DNA of 63,869 bases, counting the filler, from Dimorphilus gyrociliatus (Eukaryota > Animalia > Annelida), in the NCBI GenBank assembly GCA_904063045.1. It is 4 parts of 4 records of this genome, joined end to end, with 100 filler letters (N's around TTAATTAATTAA, not from the genome) between each part and the next. Parts side by side here need not be neighbours in the genome. Positions count along the whole stretch, not along the records: positions 1 to 28,287 come from CAJFCJ010000144.1; positions 28,388 to 46,340 come from CAJFCJ010000216.1; 2 more parts are not named here. The stretch is one strand, 5' to 3'. The first letter of the stretch is position 1. Each line of letters opens with the position of its first letter. Below are positions 23,561 to 35,879 of the stretch, piece after piece. A program made the translations under genes and the position numbers. Below the pieces are notes generated by a model. It was not told the origin of the DNA, did not search any database, and worked only from the letters and a program-made list of their open reading frames with translations.

Positions 23561-24349
23561 TGTTAGACATTTACTTTATATGTTTGAATATTCAAAGCAG
23601 TAATGTAAAAAAAATATTTTTATCAGAACCCATACTTGAACATAGTTACGAATATGATGAAGGTCCTATTTCCAGCAAGAATGATAAATATATTCACTTT
23701 TAACGCTCCATATACGTAGGTGGCACTTTCCGTACAAACGTGAAATCCGTATTGAACACACTTTGGATCATAGAGGTTACAAGGGAGGTTGATTGGAGAA
23801 AAAATGCATTGATTACAAACAAATAAAGACATAGAATAGTATAAAAGTGAAAAAGATCAGAAACGCATGACAAATTGCAAACATTTCATTGAATGAAATT
23901 AGATTTTCGTGGCAAAAAGCAATGGCCTGACAAACCTTTTGAAGTTTGTCATATAGTAATATTCCTTTTTATAACATTTTATTAAATATTCAGTATTTTG
24001 AACATTCATCATACTTGAATATCCATAACTAAAAGAAAGAAAGAAAGACAATTCTGTTTACAATCAACATGAAATTTTTCATTCATAATTTTTGATGCGT
24101 ACGTCTTTGCTTGTATTTACGATATAAAATTGGAGAAAAGTTGTCATTCTATACTTGATTCTAATTGGTGATTGGTTAAAATAACTATCTAATTTTAACT
24201 GAGAACCCGTATATTATATCAAATTGATATTAAATATCCAATTTAAATAATTAAATCTAGTTAGAATGTCACATTTTAAAATTTAAAAAGGTCATTTTAT
24301 ATCTCTAGGATTAATTAGTAAAATTTTGCAATTAGTATCATTACGCTGT

Positions 24350-24379
24350 CATTGGTTAAAAATTGTCTTTTAGCCAATG
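24350..24379. promoter_or_regulatory. Inverted CCAAT-box pair upstream of the melatonin-receptor-like gene
   Basis: cATTGGttaaaa..ttttagCCAATg, 60-90 nt before the ATG at 24439. A similar pair occurs at 4743-4770. Motif match only. Confidence 0.3.
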
Positions 24380-24438
24380 AAAATTAAGGTTAGTCTCTAT
24401 TTGATATCAAACGGTCGAGTATTGAAAAATAACCGAAA

Positions 24439-25585
24439 ATGGATTTATCATATTTTCTAGAAAATTCATCAACAGTTGAATCAGGATTCGTGAACAGAAG
24501 ATCCGATATTGCTATTCCATATCTAATTATTATGGTTACCTCAACTTTCCTTGGAACAATAGGAAATATTTTAGCTATTGGAGCAGTTTGTTTCAATAAA
24601 GTTTGTAATTTAAAATTTTAAAAATCTCTTTTATTATTTCATTCCGTTTGTTTGTTTGTTTTTTTTTTTAAATTGATAGCATTTAAAAAGAATTGGTAAT
24701 ATTTTTATTGTAAATTTGGCTATTGCTGACTTGTTAGTTTCTAGTTTTGTAAACATCTTTAGTATAATTGGTCTGGTTAATGGTGAAAAATGGTTCATGG
24801 AAAGAAACGGTATTTGCCAAATTGTAGGTTCAGTATGCATAATTGCTTGTTTGGCATCCCTATTCTCTATTGGAACTATAAGTGTCAATAGATATTTTCA
24901 TATTGTTCAGAGAAGTTTGCACGATAGGTTAGTGAACTCTATTTTTTTTATTATCTATTCAATTACAAAACAATCTCCTCCTTCTTCTCTTCCTCTCTTT
25001 AGAGTCTTTACTCTTCCTAATACAGTTGCAATTGTTACTCTCTTATGGACTGTATGCTTTCTTATCCAAATTCCTAATTTACACTTTATCAATTGGACTA
25101 GATATACGTTTGATAGAAAAACAATGACATGTTTATGGGATAGGACTAATTCTCATTCCTATTCAAATGTCTTAATCATAGTTGGCATTTTTTTCCCAAT
25201 AGTTATAATTGCATTCTTCTATTTGAAAATCTTTCTCTACGTCATAAAACGAAAGGCGAAAATACCGGGAAAAAAGGTGCAAAGAACAGCAAGGAATATA
25301 AGGTATAGGAAAGAGAGGAAAAACTCTATGCGTCTCGCAAGAACTCTGTTTGTCATCTTTATTGTATTCGTTTCCTGTTGGTTGCCATATGGAATTGTTA
25401 TTCTATACGATAAACACGATCAATTACCCCTTGAAGTCCACATGTTCACGCTTATCATTGCCCATTTTAACTCCAGTTGTAATAGTATTATCTACGGTAT
25501 CATGAACAAACATTTTCGCAGATCCTATATCCAGTTGTTGGGCATACGCAATTTTGGAAAACTCGACCATCGATTTGGTAAATGA
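24439..25585 (+). CDS. Class A GPCR, melatonin-receptor-like, 3 exons, intact
   Basis: Exons 24439-24600, 24680-24927, 25003-25585. GNIL (TM1), NLAIAD (TM2), NRY in place of DRY, CWLPY (TM6), FNSSCNSIIYG (non-proline NxxxY) and NKHFR. NRY plus loss of the NPxxY proline are melatonin-receptor hallmarks. Confidence 0.88.
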
Positions 25586-26249
25586 CCATTCTTGGAAACT
25601 TTCGTCCACAAGAAACAGCATAAAATGCTTGAATGCAGGTTATAAGACAAGAAATTATCAAGTGATTTGTTTATTCAGAATTGAACAGAGATTTGATAGT
25701 TGAATGTAGCAATATTACTCTTGGTGTGTAAACATAACCAAGCTCTAACTCTTAGTTACGCAATCAGAATAAACCTAATAAAGTAAAATGAAAAATCTTA
25801 CATTGCAGTTGCGGTAACATTTATTTTATCTGTTGCTGTTGATAGACTAGTAGAAAAAATATTTGCAGTTTTTATGAATAATATTATAAATTCTCTTTGA
25901 AATTTTCTCTCGCTCAGACGATAAAAATAGAAATTTAGAGAGCTTTTCGATTTTAAAATAACCTTTGCAACCAAATGTCAATTCGGGCAATAAATGAAGA
26001 TCGTCCATATCCGGTTGTTGCAGATAATATTCTACAGATTTAAACAATACTACACTCGGTTTGATACAATAATGAATTATGTTGAAATAGCAACGTAAGA
26101 TAATTGATGCATTCTTTCCTTTATTCTTCTTGCTTTATTCTTTTTGCCAAACCCTAACTCTAACCCTAACCCTTCTATTCTTCATAATTACAGCAATATC
26201 CAGTGTTGTCTATGTTAAATAATCACTGAAGTGCTTTATTAACGTATCA

Positions 26250-27070
26250 TTAACAACCAATAATAATACTTCGTCAAGAGTTGAAAAGCAAATATGCAAT
26301 GTACTGGAAATTCTCTCTTTTTGTCAATTTTCCTGCAATTTTCATTTGTTGTTGCGGAAGTACAAGTTTCATTTGAGCATCCTCCAGCGAATGTTACTTG
26401 TCAAAGACTTTTCGTTCGATAGGCCCAACTATCTCCAAAAGAATAATCAACTACCTTTAACTTACTAATACCATTCTTTAAATTTGTTACGTCATTTCCG
26501 CAATCAGCTTCATTTCCTTTGCATTCGTAGCATTTTTAGCAAACAGATACAACAATGTTCTGCGTATAGGAGGAGACTTTAAAGCTACTCACAAGCACAT
26601 TCCGTGCTATAATTGGTCGATTAGAATTCTGATTAACATTCTAAACAAATGTTACCATGGATACATGCACATACTTTTAGCTATGGAACGGTCATTGCAA
26701 CCTTCCCCATCATTTTGCATAGATAGCAACTAACCTTGCCCTTGAATGGGTTAGGACTGCATGTTGCGCAATTAGCAAATGTTACTTTCAAACAACTTTT
26801 TGCAGATTTCTTGAGTAGATACACTTTTAGGAAGCAACCAAGCTGAACACAACTCTCCAATCTCTAAAGGAATGTAGAAAAATTAAGGAAATGCTGTTAA
26901 TAACAAGAGATCACTGTATTATTAACTTTGACAGTGCGTTGGTATAATACCAGCATCTTTTTCGTTACCACTTTGACAAACTTTTACGCTAGGTGTAGGT
27001 GTCGTTCCATTTACTTTAGCACATTGCACAGCAGTTGAAAATTCCTCCGAGCAGGCTGTTTTCTGGAAAA
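26250..27070 (-). pseudogene. Cys-rich secreted-type gene fragments, three-finger (Ly6/uPAR)-like
   Basis: KCYECKGNEADCG (~26500-26537), VSCYLCK(fs)NDGEGCND (~26700-26735) and ACSEEFSTAVQC..VCQ..HC. Stops and frameshifts present. Confidence 0.4.
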
Positions 27071-27075
27071 TTTGC

Positions 27076-27130
27076 GGTTAGGGTTAGGGTAAAAGCAAAG
27101 TTTTGTGCACGTTTTCCATGACAGCCGTGT
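27076..27130 (+). repeat. TTAGGG-seeded short dispersed repeat, copy 1
   Basis: ggttagggttaGGGTAAAAGCAaagttttGTGcAcgTTTTCcaTgaCAgCC, similar to 35045-35147 and 38739-38845. Confidence 0.7.
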
Positions 27131-27145
27131 CAAAGTACCTGGAAA

Positions 27146-27211
27146 AGTACTGTATATATTTTCAATTGGGCTATGTATTCAAAAAGCCCAATTGAAAATA
27201 TATACAGTACT
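27146..27211. repeat. Perfect 27-bp inverted repeat with a 12-nt loop
   Basis: agtactgtatatattttcaattgggct (27146-27172) pairs with agcccaattgaaaatatatacagtact (27185-27211). Confidence 0.9.
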
Positions 27212-27456
27212 GGCAATTAGTCCTTGTTATAACATGAAAAAAATGTATTTTTTTGATTTTCTATATAGACCTGAAGATAAAAGAACATTATAAGGTGTTT
27301 CTAAGCAGATAACAATGATAGGTTGGTGAAGAAGCAAGGAGGAACTGCGAGTGGTGTTCAAAGGCAATTTTTTTTTAAATTTCAACCTTTGAAATTGGAT
27401 TCTTGCATGATAATTGTATGATAGAAGGCTGAGAGAGCAATTATTCTTAACAGTTT

Positions 27457-28038
27457 TTAGATTTTGACAACGACTGTGCAGATTCTACTTTCCTCCATAG
27501 GATCATTTAGAACAAGAAAATGTTCACAATGACTATTATTTTTTAAAATATAAATGGTAATTTCAATAACTCCAGTAATGTTTTTCGAAGAGGAATACTT
27601 AATTTTGCCATCTATTGGAATATTGTATCTATCTATTGGACATTCAAGTACTCCATCACCAATTGATGTAATCAAACTCTTAGGGGAATAGTTAATGCAA
27701 AAATTCTCAATAGAAACGGTAAATTTGCCTAAATATCGATAAAAAGAATATAGGTCATATTCAATGTTTCCGTAATTGAAAAACAATAACATACTTAAAC
27801 AAGTTGGTTTCTGAGAGTATAAGTAGTTTTCCTTAGCAATTAATACAGAAGATGTTACAACAACTCTATGCAAAGTGTATGTTCCATTAGTCAATCCAAT
27901 TGAGAAACATTCAGGATTGTCAATACATTTTTCCTTGCAAATCATTTCAGAAGAATTTTTAAAGATTGTAATTTTACAAGGATTACAATTATTCAAATGA
28001 TATCCGGAGAAATCATTCCAATTTTCACAGTTGTCCAT
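27457..28038 (-). CDS. Exon(s) with a PAN/apple-like Cys motif, probably upstream exons of the 26250-27070 gene
   Basis: 193-aa ORF containing CKEKCIDNPECFSIG. It likely reads through an intron. Confidence 0.35.
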   Translation of the reverse strand: MDNCENWNDFSGYHLNNCNPCKITIFKNSSEMICKEKCIDNPECFSIGLTNGTYTLHRVVVTSSVLIAKENYLYSQKPTCLSMLLFFNYGNIEYDLYSFYRYLGKFTVSIENFCINYSPKSLITSIGDGVLECPIDRYNIPIDGKIKYSSSKNITGVIEITIYILKNNSHCEHFLVLNDPMEESRICTVVVKI

Positions 28039-28287
28039 TTTTATAACACATTTTTAATTGTTTAGTTGTGTTCAATTTGTTTGAACAGTGATTAGTTGAA
28101 ACTTTATTGAAATCCACTTTTTTTGTTGTTAACAAAAGAAAAAGAGGTGAATAGGACTAATTAGGTAATTTAATTCTTTAACTATATACATATCTTAATT
28201 AACCAGTATTTAATTAGTAAACTTTAGATTGTCTTTTATGCTTGTTGGGAATATTTGCTCTTATATTTTGTTACGTTCTATTATTTT

Positions 28288-28387
28288 NNNNNNNNNNNNN
28301 NNNNNNNNNNNNNNNNNNNNNNNNNNNNNNNTTAATTAATTAANNNNNNNNNNNNNNNNNNNNNNNNNNNNNNNNNNNNNNNNNNNN
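28288..28387. other. Assembly gap with six-frame-stop linker
   Basis: 44 N + TTAATTAATTAA + 44 N. Confidence 0.97.
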
Positions 28388-28410
28388 TTCACTCAACAAA
28401 TGTCTTTCAG

Positions 28411-31400
28411 GTTCAGGTGTAAAAATGGGCAATGTATCAATCAAGAAGAACAGTGCAATGGTGAAAGAAATTGCTTAGATTTATCAGATGAAAAATGTCC
28501 TGATAGTCAGTAACTGAGTCATTCATTGTTAAGGTTAACTTGTATTTGATTCTTTCCTTTTATTTCCATATTTCTAAAGGATGCCAGGGTGGACTATTCC
28601 ACTGTTTAGAGGGTTGCGTATCGACTGAAAATGTGTGCGACTTTAAAAATGATTGCCAAGATGGCAGCGATGAGATATTGTCAAGCTGTGTTGAAAAATA
28701 CAAGGAATATGTGGTTGGAAATGGTAAGAATTTAGAGTAGTAAAAAGAGAAACCAGTTGGAAATCTGTAAATTTTGCTGTATTATGACTTGATTATCAAG
28801 AAAGAATTAATTGTCAATTCAATTCAGAATATTAAAGTCTATCTTTACCCTGATTCATTTAGATAACAGTCTTCATTACTCTAATTACATTCTTCATAAA
28901 CAATCGTCGTTTTCTTGGAAAAAGACAAAATGTAGATTATTGTATTCTTCTATGGGTGTGATGCTTACAAAATCATATCCTATTTTTAATGATTTACGTT
29001 ATTGTATGAATCACAAGTGTTTAGTTGGAGAATTCCTTTGTAAAGACATTTCATATTGTATTCCAATCAAACACGTTTGCGATGGTATATGGCCTTGCAG
29101 TATGGGTGAAGATGAAGATTTTTGTGGTTGTTGTTGTTCTACTTTTCCCCGTCTCTTCTCTCATAACCTTAACAACTTTCATTCTTTCGCAGATAATTTC
29201 CATCCTTCTGGTTATTTTAAGTGTAAAAACGAGTTGATGTATTTAAATACTAGCCAAATATGTGATGGAATATACGACTGCAAATCTGGAGGGGATGATG
29301 AGCTCTACTGCAATTCTACATTTTACTGTCCGAATGGTTGTATTTGTCTAGTAAAGTACCAAATTCAATGTTCAGATATGGTCTTTTCTAATACAACAAA
29401 ACTGAATGAAAGATTTATAGTGAAACTATTGAATCTAAAGAATATTTCAAATTCAGAGATATTTTTAGATATGATAATAGAAGCAGAGATTGGTTATTTA
29501 AATATAACAAAAACTTTGTTAAGAAAACCTGAAAGCATATTTAAATATTTTAAATTAGTTTTTCTAGATTTGAGTGAAACAAATTTAACAAAAATTGAAC
29601 AAACATGATTTCAAAATTTAACAGTTTTACAAAATTTATATCTGAAAAAGACTAATTTAAAAGATATCTTTGACTCATCTCTTCATTTAAAACAAATCAT
29701 TTTCATTGATTTTTCCAATTTAAATTTGAATTTAATTACAGGAGATGATTTTCAAAATATGTCAACTTTACAAAAACTAATTTTTTCTTATTGTTCAATT
29801 AGTAAAATTCATTCAAAATCATTCAAAAGTCTTATTAATTTAAGAGAAATTCATTTTAAAGAAACAAGCTTTTCTGAAAAAATGGAATTAAACTTTTTAA
29901 AATATTGTAAAAATTTAAAATTGATCTACACGAATTTATTTTCAATTTTTTGTTCATCAAAAAAATACTTGAACAACTTGAATTGTGGCTCAACAATGAA
30001 AAAATTTAAAAAATGTTATAATCTCTTAAATGGTATTTATCTAAGAGTTGCTATATGGATATTTGTGATTTTTCTACTTTGTGGAAATCTTTTTGGTTTG
30101 TGTCTGAGAATAATAAGCTTTTCAAAATCAACACATTTCATTCAAATCACACTTTGTCTAAGTGATTTACTAATGGTTATCTACCTCCTGATTATTGCCA
30201 ATGCAGATAGTTACTTTAGTAACAATTATAATAGTTTTGATTTAGTTTGGAGAAATCACTGGCTCTGTAAATTCAGTGCGATCCTATTAAACTTTTCAAT
30301 TCTTACATCTTCATTTTCAATTTTACTAATAACTGGGGATCGTTACTACTCAATCAAATATTTAATGAATAAGAAACAATTTAATTACTATTTATTCATT
30401 TTTATAGGGCTAGTACTAATTACTTTTTTAATACTAGTACCAGTTTTCATATTTCAGGTATATTATTTTTTGGAGGGGAGGAAAGGGAAACAAAGAAAAT
30501 TAAAATGTTGATTTGTTTTGTTTTTTTTTATAACTAGGACTATATGAATTCAAAGAGAACTTGCAATAGTATTTTTTCAACAGATAGAAAAGAAATGAAT
30601 GGATGGATTTATTCATTTATTCTCAATACTTTAATTGTATATTTGATTTATATTTTGTTTGAGAACCTGATCGCGATCAGTAGGTGTTGTTGTGGTGGTC
30701 AGACATCTCGTATATATATATATATATATATATACATAAGTATCAAGTCTCATGTGTCATATGACGAGATGTAATCTTGTAGTTACGTAATCACGTGTAT
30801 CCACACATGATAATTATTAACTTTGGTTATTAGAATACAGCAACCGTTTGATACGGTTACCGACAGTAAATATACATAGTTCGTAATCATAGAAGAACCG
30901 ATCTTCAACAGTATCAAACGTAAGCAAGGATATTCTAAGCAAATATATGAGAATCCAATTAAGAAATTGTTCTGCAGTTCTTTTTTCTTTTCTTTTTTTT
31001 GGAACGTTCGAAAGAAAAGAATCGAACATTCTTTTTTTCTCAATTGGACAATTCAACCTCCTCTCCTGGAATAAGTCTAAGTTATATTAAGTGAGCGTAA
31101 GAAATTAACATGATGAAACCTCAAAGAAGGCAAACTATGAAAAGGAAGAGTGGAGAAATACCAGAGAAGGAAGTTCTCCGTTCTCTTAGAATGTCATTAG
31201 GACATATTGGGAATAGTATGGAGAGAGGAAGGGTGACGCAAGATATACTCAAGAGACTCGAAAATGCCTTGGATAAAATAGATGAACTTCCGAGTACAAG
31301 TACGTCCTGACCTATGAGTATGCAAAAAATCCCTTTCAGGACATATGGAAGGTGTGGAAGAGTGGAATCAGAAAGGATGGACCAACCATCCATGACACCA

Positions 31401-34400
31401 TAGAAAAGATAAAATTAGGCTTAGGTCAGACTTTGGAAGAAGGAATGGTGGTATCATTGGCTGTCTTATAGAGATATCTAATGGTAGAACATTTGGAGAA
31501 CAGAGCTACTTCAGAAGAGGTATCCTTCCTTTGTTCAGCTATTTTATCTCTGCTGCCTAAAGGGCTACGCAGCAGGTTCCTTGAAAAGTTCAGCTTGGAA
31601 GTTAATGAGTCCTTTCAATCAGCACCGCTTTGAGAGGAACTGCTGAAATTTATAAACTCAACATGTAAGAATGAAGAAGCAATGACGATGTACAAGAAAG
31701 ATGACACTCATAAGAAATTCAAGCCAGCAGCAATAGCAACTCACAGGAAGAACAATTGTCCAGCTTGCAAATGCCAGCATGACATCAGAAACTGTGAGTT
31801 TTTTAGGGACTGTTCCTATGGAAGCAAAAATGGGATCCTACGGGAGAACAAACTCTGCTTCAAATGTTTCGGAGCAGGACATCTGGTTACAGCTTGTAAG
31901 TCTGGTGTCAGATGCAACAAGTGTAAAGGAGAACACAATACCTTAATGCATGTTCCAAAAGAGGACCTTATATCAGGATCTGGGAATGGGCACAATACTC
32001 CTAGGGTTAAGCCCAAATACAAAAAAGTGAGTGGAGTAACTGCTACAAACTCTCCAACTATTTCACAATTGCCTCTGACAGTCTTCGAAGTAAAGAATGA
32101 GAGGATATTGGCATTAATGGATGCAGGCTCACAGATCTCAATGGTATCAAGAGAGTGTGCCACAAGACTTAAGCTGGATAAAGTTGGAGAAGTAGGCTTG
32201 CAACTAAGAACACTCCTCGCAGAGAAAAGGTTCACTGCAGATGTAATAGTAATTCCTCTACCAAATGGGCTGGGTCTGATAGAGGCAGTTGTTAGAGATA
32301 AACTCATAGAGGTCTAACAAGAAGAAGAGAACATAGAGATAGAATGGGAAGGGAAGACTACCCTTATAAGAATCCCAGAAGTAATGGGAGATTTAGATTT
32401 GGTAATAGGAGTAGACAAGCCAGATCTACACCTGCAGCAAGGCAATATGTCCCTTGATAGCAGGAGAATAGTAAAGTATCCATTAGGTTGGGTCTGTATT
32501 GGTAGAAAAATGCAGGATCCATTAAGCCTACTTACTCAAGTGGAGCTGGGAGCCAATGTCTGCATCACTACGCAATCAGTTGAGCAACAGGAATCTCTAG
32601 TGGAGGATGATGAAATCAAAGCTAGAGATACCTATGAAGGAGAAAAGCTCAGCATAAACTATGTTAAAGCACTGGAGCAATTCAAAAATTAATTTGACAT
32701 CCAAGAGCTAAAGGCTGCTGTTCCTTTCAAAAGGAATGTCAGAGATCTGAGGCTGAACTGTTTGCTAGCAGAGTGTAGGTTGAGGAGTCTCTTAGTGAGA
32801 TTTAAGAGAGATCTGGTATATGAGAGAGAATATGACTGGTCTGTCTATGAATACATAGAACAAGGGTTTGCTACTGAAGCAGGCTCCATAGAGGTGGCCT
32901 GGTATATAGCTCATCATGGGGTCTCCAGCCCTAAAAAGGATACCATAAGAATGGTGTTTGACTGCAAGGCGCAGTATAAAGGGTTGGGACTAAATGATGT
33001 TATAATGACAGGTCCAAATCATTTGAATGGTCTGTATGACATTCTAGTTAGCTGGAGGAGAGGTCTCTTTTTTATAGTGGCAGATATCAAGAAGATGTTC
33101 TGTCAGGTCAAATTAAAAGAGAAGGACCTACCCTATTTCATGTTTCTATATTGGGATAAGATAGTGCCCAATAAGACAATGAGAAATGTCAAGACATTTG
33201 TCATGACAAGACATGTGTTTGGGGCAACATTGAGCCCGTTCATAGCATGTTGGACTCTAAGTACATTGCTCTAGGAGAGTGATTTGCTCTCGCAGGAAGC
33301 AAAACAAAGAGTTACTAACCACTTCTATGTGGATGATCTATTGCTGCCAGGCAGTAACTGGCATAAATTATTAGAAATTACCATTTACACTGATGAAGGT
33401 GAACAAAGATTTGTTCTACTCATAGCCTGCTACCAAACGAGGGCAGTACACTTGGAGATCTGTACATCAACATCCTTTGGACACACAAAGGAGGCATGGA
33501 CTAGGTTTATGGCAAGACGAGGTCACCCAGAGAATGTACACTCAGATGGAGCTGGAGCATTTAGGAGATTGTCTGAGGAAATGGAGAGAGCAGGAATCTG
33601 CTGGAAACGAATACCAGCTAATTCTCCTCATAGAGGAGGATTATGGGAATCTTTAGTAAAACCAGTTAAGAGCACATTACAAATGCTAAATAAGGAGACA
33701 CCGACAGAGGAAAGCCTAAGGACAGCAATCACTGTGACCGAAAGTATTGTCAATCAAAGACCATTGACAACTATCCTGGAGGATCACACAGAAACCCTCC
33801 TCACTCCAGCATCCTTCCTCTGGATTCAATCCAAGGAAAGGAACGAAATAAGAAGCTCCTATGAGCAAATCAAATCTATCAGGTCTATTCTGGAGAAAAG
33901 ATGGTTCCAGGAATATACCTCCACTTTACAGGCTACCTCGAAATGGCACAAACACAGTGGGCAAATCCCAAAGGTCAACGATCTGGTAGTCCTAGCCAGT
34001 GACTCCTTAAGATGCCATGATTGGAAAATAGGGCGCATATGGAAGATAAAAAAGTCAGCAGATGGGCAACCCAGGAATTTGCAAATTCTAACAGAAAGGT
34101 CCTTAGTGTGGCGAGATCAGAGAAGGGTAGTCCTATTCTAAAGAAACACGAGGTTCTTTGGGGGGGGGGGAGTGTTTGAGAACCTGATCGCGATCATAGG
34201 TGTTGTTGTGGTGGTCAGACATATATATATATATATATACATAAGTATCAAGTCTCATGTGTCATACGACGAGACATAATCTCGTAGTTACATAATCACA
34301 AGTATCCACACGTGATAATTATTAACTTTGGTTATTAGAATACAGCAACCGTTTGATACGGTTACCGACAGTAAATATACATAGTTCGTAATCGTAGAAG

Positions 34401-34805
34401 AACCGATCTTCAACATATTTCTGTAGCCATAATGTATATTTTACTTGTCAGAGAAATCGCTTCACAAAGAGATCAAATTCATGTAGATAATTCATCAAAT
34501 TTTCAATTTACCATAACCCTTAATAGCATTATCATATCCCTTTTGAATATGATGGCTTGGACACCACTTGTCTATATTGGTTGAGTAGAATTATAATAAA
34601 AAACTGAAAAATACTTTTTTTATAACAAACTTTCCAGGGAATTTCAAATATACTAAATGATACTAGTGATAAAGCACCATTAGATGGACTAGTTATTGGA
34701 ATTATTCTACCTATAAATGCAACAATTAATTTAGTAAATTACTCAGTTAGAGATTTCATCAAATATTTTACAAATAAAAAAGAGAAATTAAAGAAAGAAA
34801 CGTAA
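28411..34805 (+). pseudogene. Receptor B: 3' half of a GRL101-like LGR (4 LDLa, LRR, 7TM), disrupted
   Basis: LDLa CKNGQCINQEEQCNGERNCLDLSDE and three more; LRRs; ITGDRY. In-frame TGA at 29606-29608. BEL/Pao insertion in the TM5 exon. 1-nt phase mismatch at the last intron (34580-34637). 5' part lies in the gap. Confidence 0.88.
30656..34415 (+). mobile_element. BEL/Pao LTR retrotransposon, internally deleted and degenerate, with 5-bp TSD TATTT
   Basis: LTRs 30656-30910 and 34173-34415 (TGTT..AACA). G-rich PPT at 34160-34172. TSD at 30651-30655 and 34416-34420. Gag knuckles CPAC..H..C, CFKC..GH..C and CNKC..HNTLMH; protease LMDAGS; RT RMVFD..ADIKKMF..FYVDD; integrase TRAVHLE..SDGA..GGLWE..NQRPL. 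Several stops. Confidence 0.95.
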
Positions 34806-34807
34806 TG

Positions 34808-34811
<4 letters not shown>

Positions 34812-34849
<38 letters not shown>
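34812..34849 (+). repeat. (CT)19 microsatellite
   Basis: Direct reading. Confidence 0.9.
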
Positions 34850-34853
<4 letters not shown>

Positions 34854-35044
34854 TTGGACTTGATTCTAATTTGTTGTTCAAGTTTCATTATTTTTCAGCC
34901 TGGGCTTATTAATGTTTGAACAACAGAGGAGAACTTTGTTAGGTTAACTAACTTTTTTCTATTATACAAAACTTTTACTTATCTTGTACTTGGGAGTGTC
35001 ACATCTAGCGGTTAGGGGTAATGAACAACGTGGGAGAAAGACAA

Positions 35045-35147
35045 GGGTAAAAGCATAATTTTGTGGATGTTTTCTGTAGCATCCACTTTCAACAAACAAT
35101 ACTTTTACTTTCACTTCATTCAACTTTCTAACCTTCTAAAAGTATTG
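35045..35147 (+). repeat. TTAGGG-seeded short dispersed repeat, copy 2, with an 11-bp stem
   Basis: GGGTAAAAGCAtaattttGTGgAtgTTTTCtgTagCAtCC..ttcaaca, then caatactttta/taaaagtattg (35097-35107/35137-35147). ggttagggg lies at 35010. Confidence 0.65.
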
Positions 35148-35149
35148 AA

Positions 35150-35350
35150 CAATTACATTGAAGAAGAAAAGAAATATAAAAAATATGCAGCTATATTCAA
35201 AACTCTAAATAGAAATTTTTAATCTATCATTTCATAAAACGATGGGAAATGGATTATTTGATATTTTTATAGGACTATAAAAACTATCAAATACCTTAAA
35301 AGATATTAAATAAAGATATTATCTTTAGGAATTGTTATTTAAATACATTT
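35150..35350 (+). pseudogene. RI-like LRR relic
   Basis: IEIFNLSFHKTMGNGLFDIFIGL*KLSNTLKDI..DIIFRNCYLN, aligning with the 15470 relic (LDLAFHRKMGN*FFGICEGL*). Confidence 0.65.
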
Positions 35351-35879
35351 AAAGCCATTTAGAGTTACAAACCTGGGCTTAAACTTTTTCATTTACAACA
35401 TAATGTACAATATATATATATGTATTGTCAGTCAAAAAACAACCACTACTTAGTTGTTTGTAGCAGTTCTTACATATTCACTGTAGGCCTATACTATTTA
35501 ATAATTTAAATTTTCGTGTGTATTAGAAATTGTTGATTTGTCTTAAAATGAAAAATGGAAAATAGGTTTTGCACGATTTGTGATGAACTCAACTTCTTTT
35601 GATAGAGTTGTAATTTAAGTGTTAAACAAGCTATGTGTCTAGGAAAGTTTTTCTAGTTTGTTCCTTATTGCAAAAAATTCAATTGTCTGATAACGAAAAT
35701 CAATCATTCAAGTTTTCCTTAGCAGTCTGTATAAGTTTGAAATTACATGCAAAAGTAAAAAGCCTGTTGTTTAATGCTTTATCAGAAATCAATTAAAATA
35801 TTTAGTTTCAAAAATATTTTTATTCATTTGCCTCAAATTGTTTTTTATGCAATCTAACTTTTAGAAAAGAATTTATACA

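Noticed and set aside
28332-28343. TTAATTAATTAA palindrome seen three times
   Set aside because: It is always centred in an exact 44N/44N gap and places stops in all six frames, so it is an assembly linker rather than biology.
18321-29608. In-frame TGA codons (15510 region, 18321, 29606) suggesting TGA recoding
   Set aside because: Intact genes here terminate with TGA (SDR, receptors A and C), and in-frame TAA plus frameshifts occur in the same decayed genes.
35220-35350. Kinase-like tail for receptor B (TIKYL..DIIFRNC)
   Set aside because: It aligns better with the RI-like LRR relics (MGNGLFDIFIGL). No pseudokinase exons were found after B.
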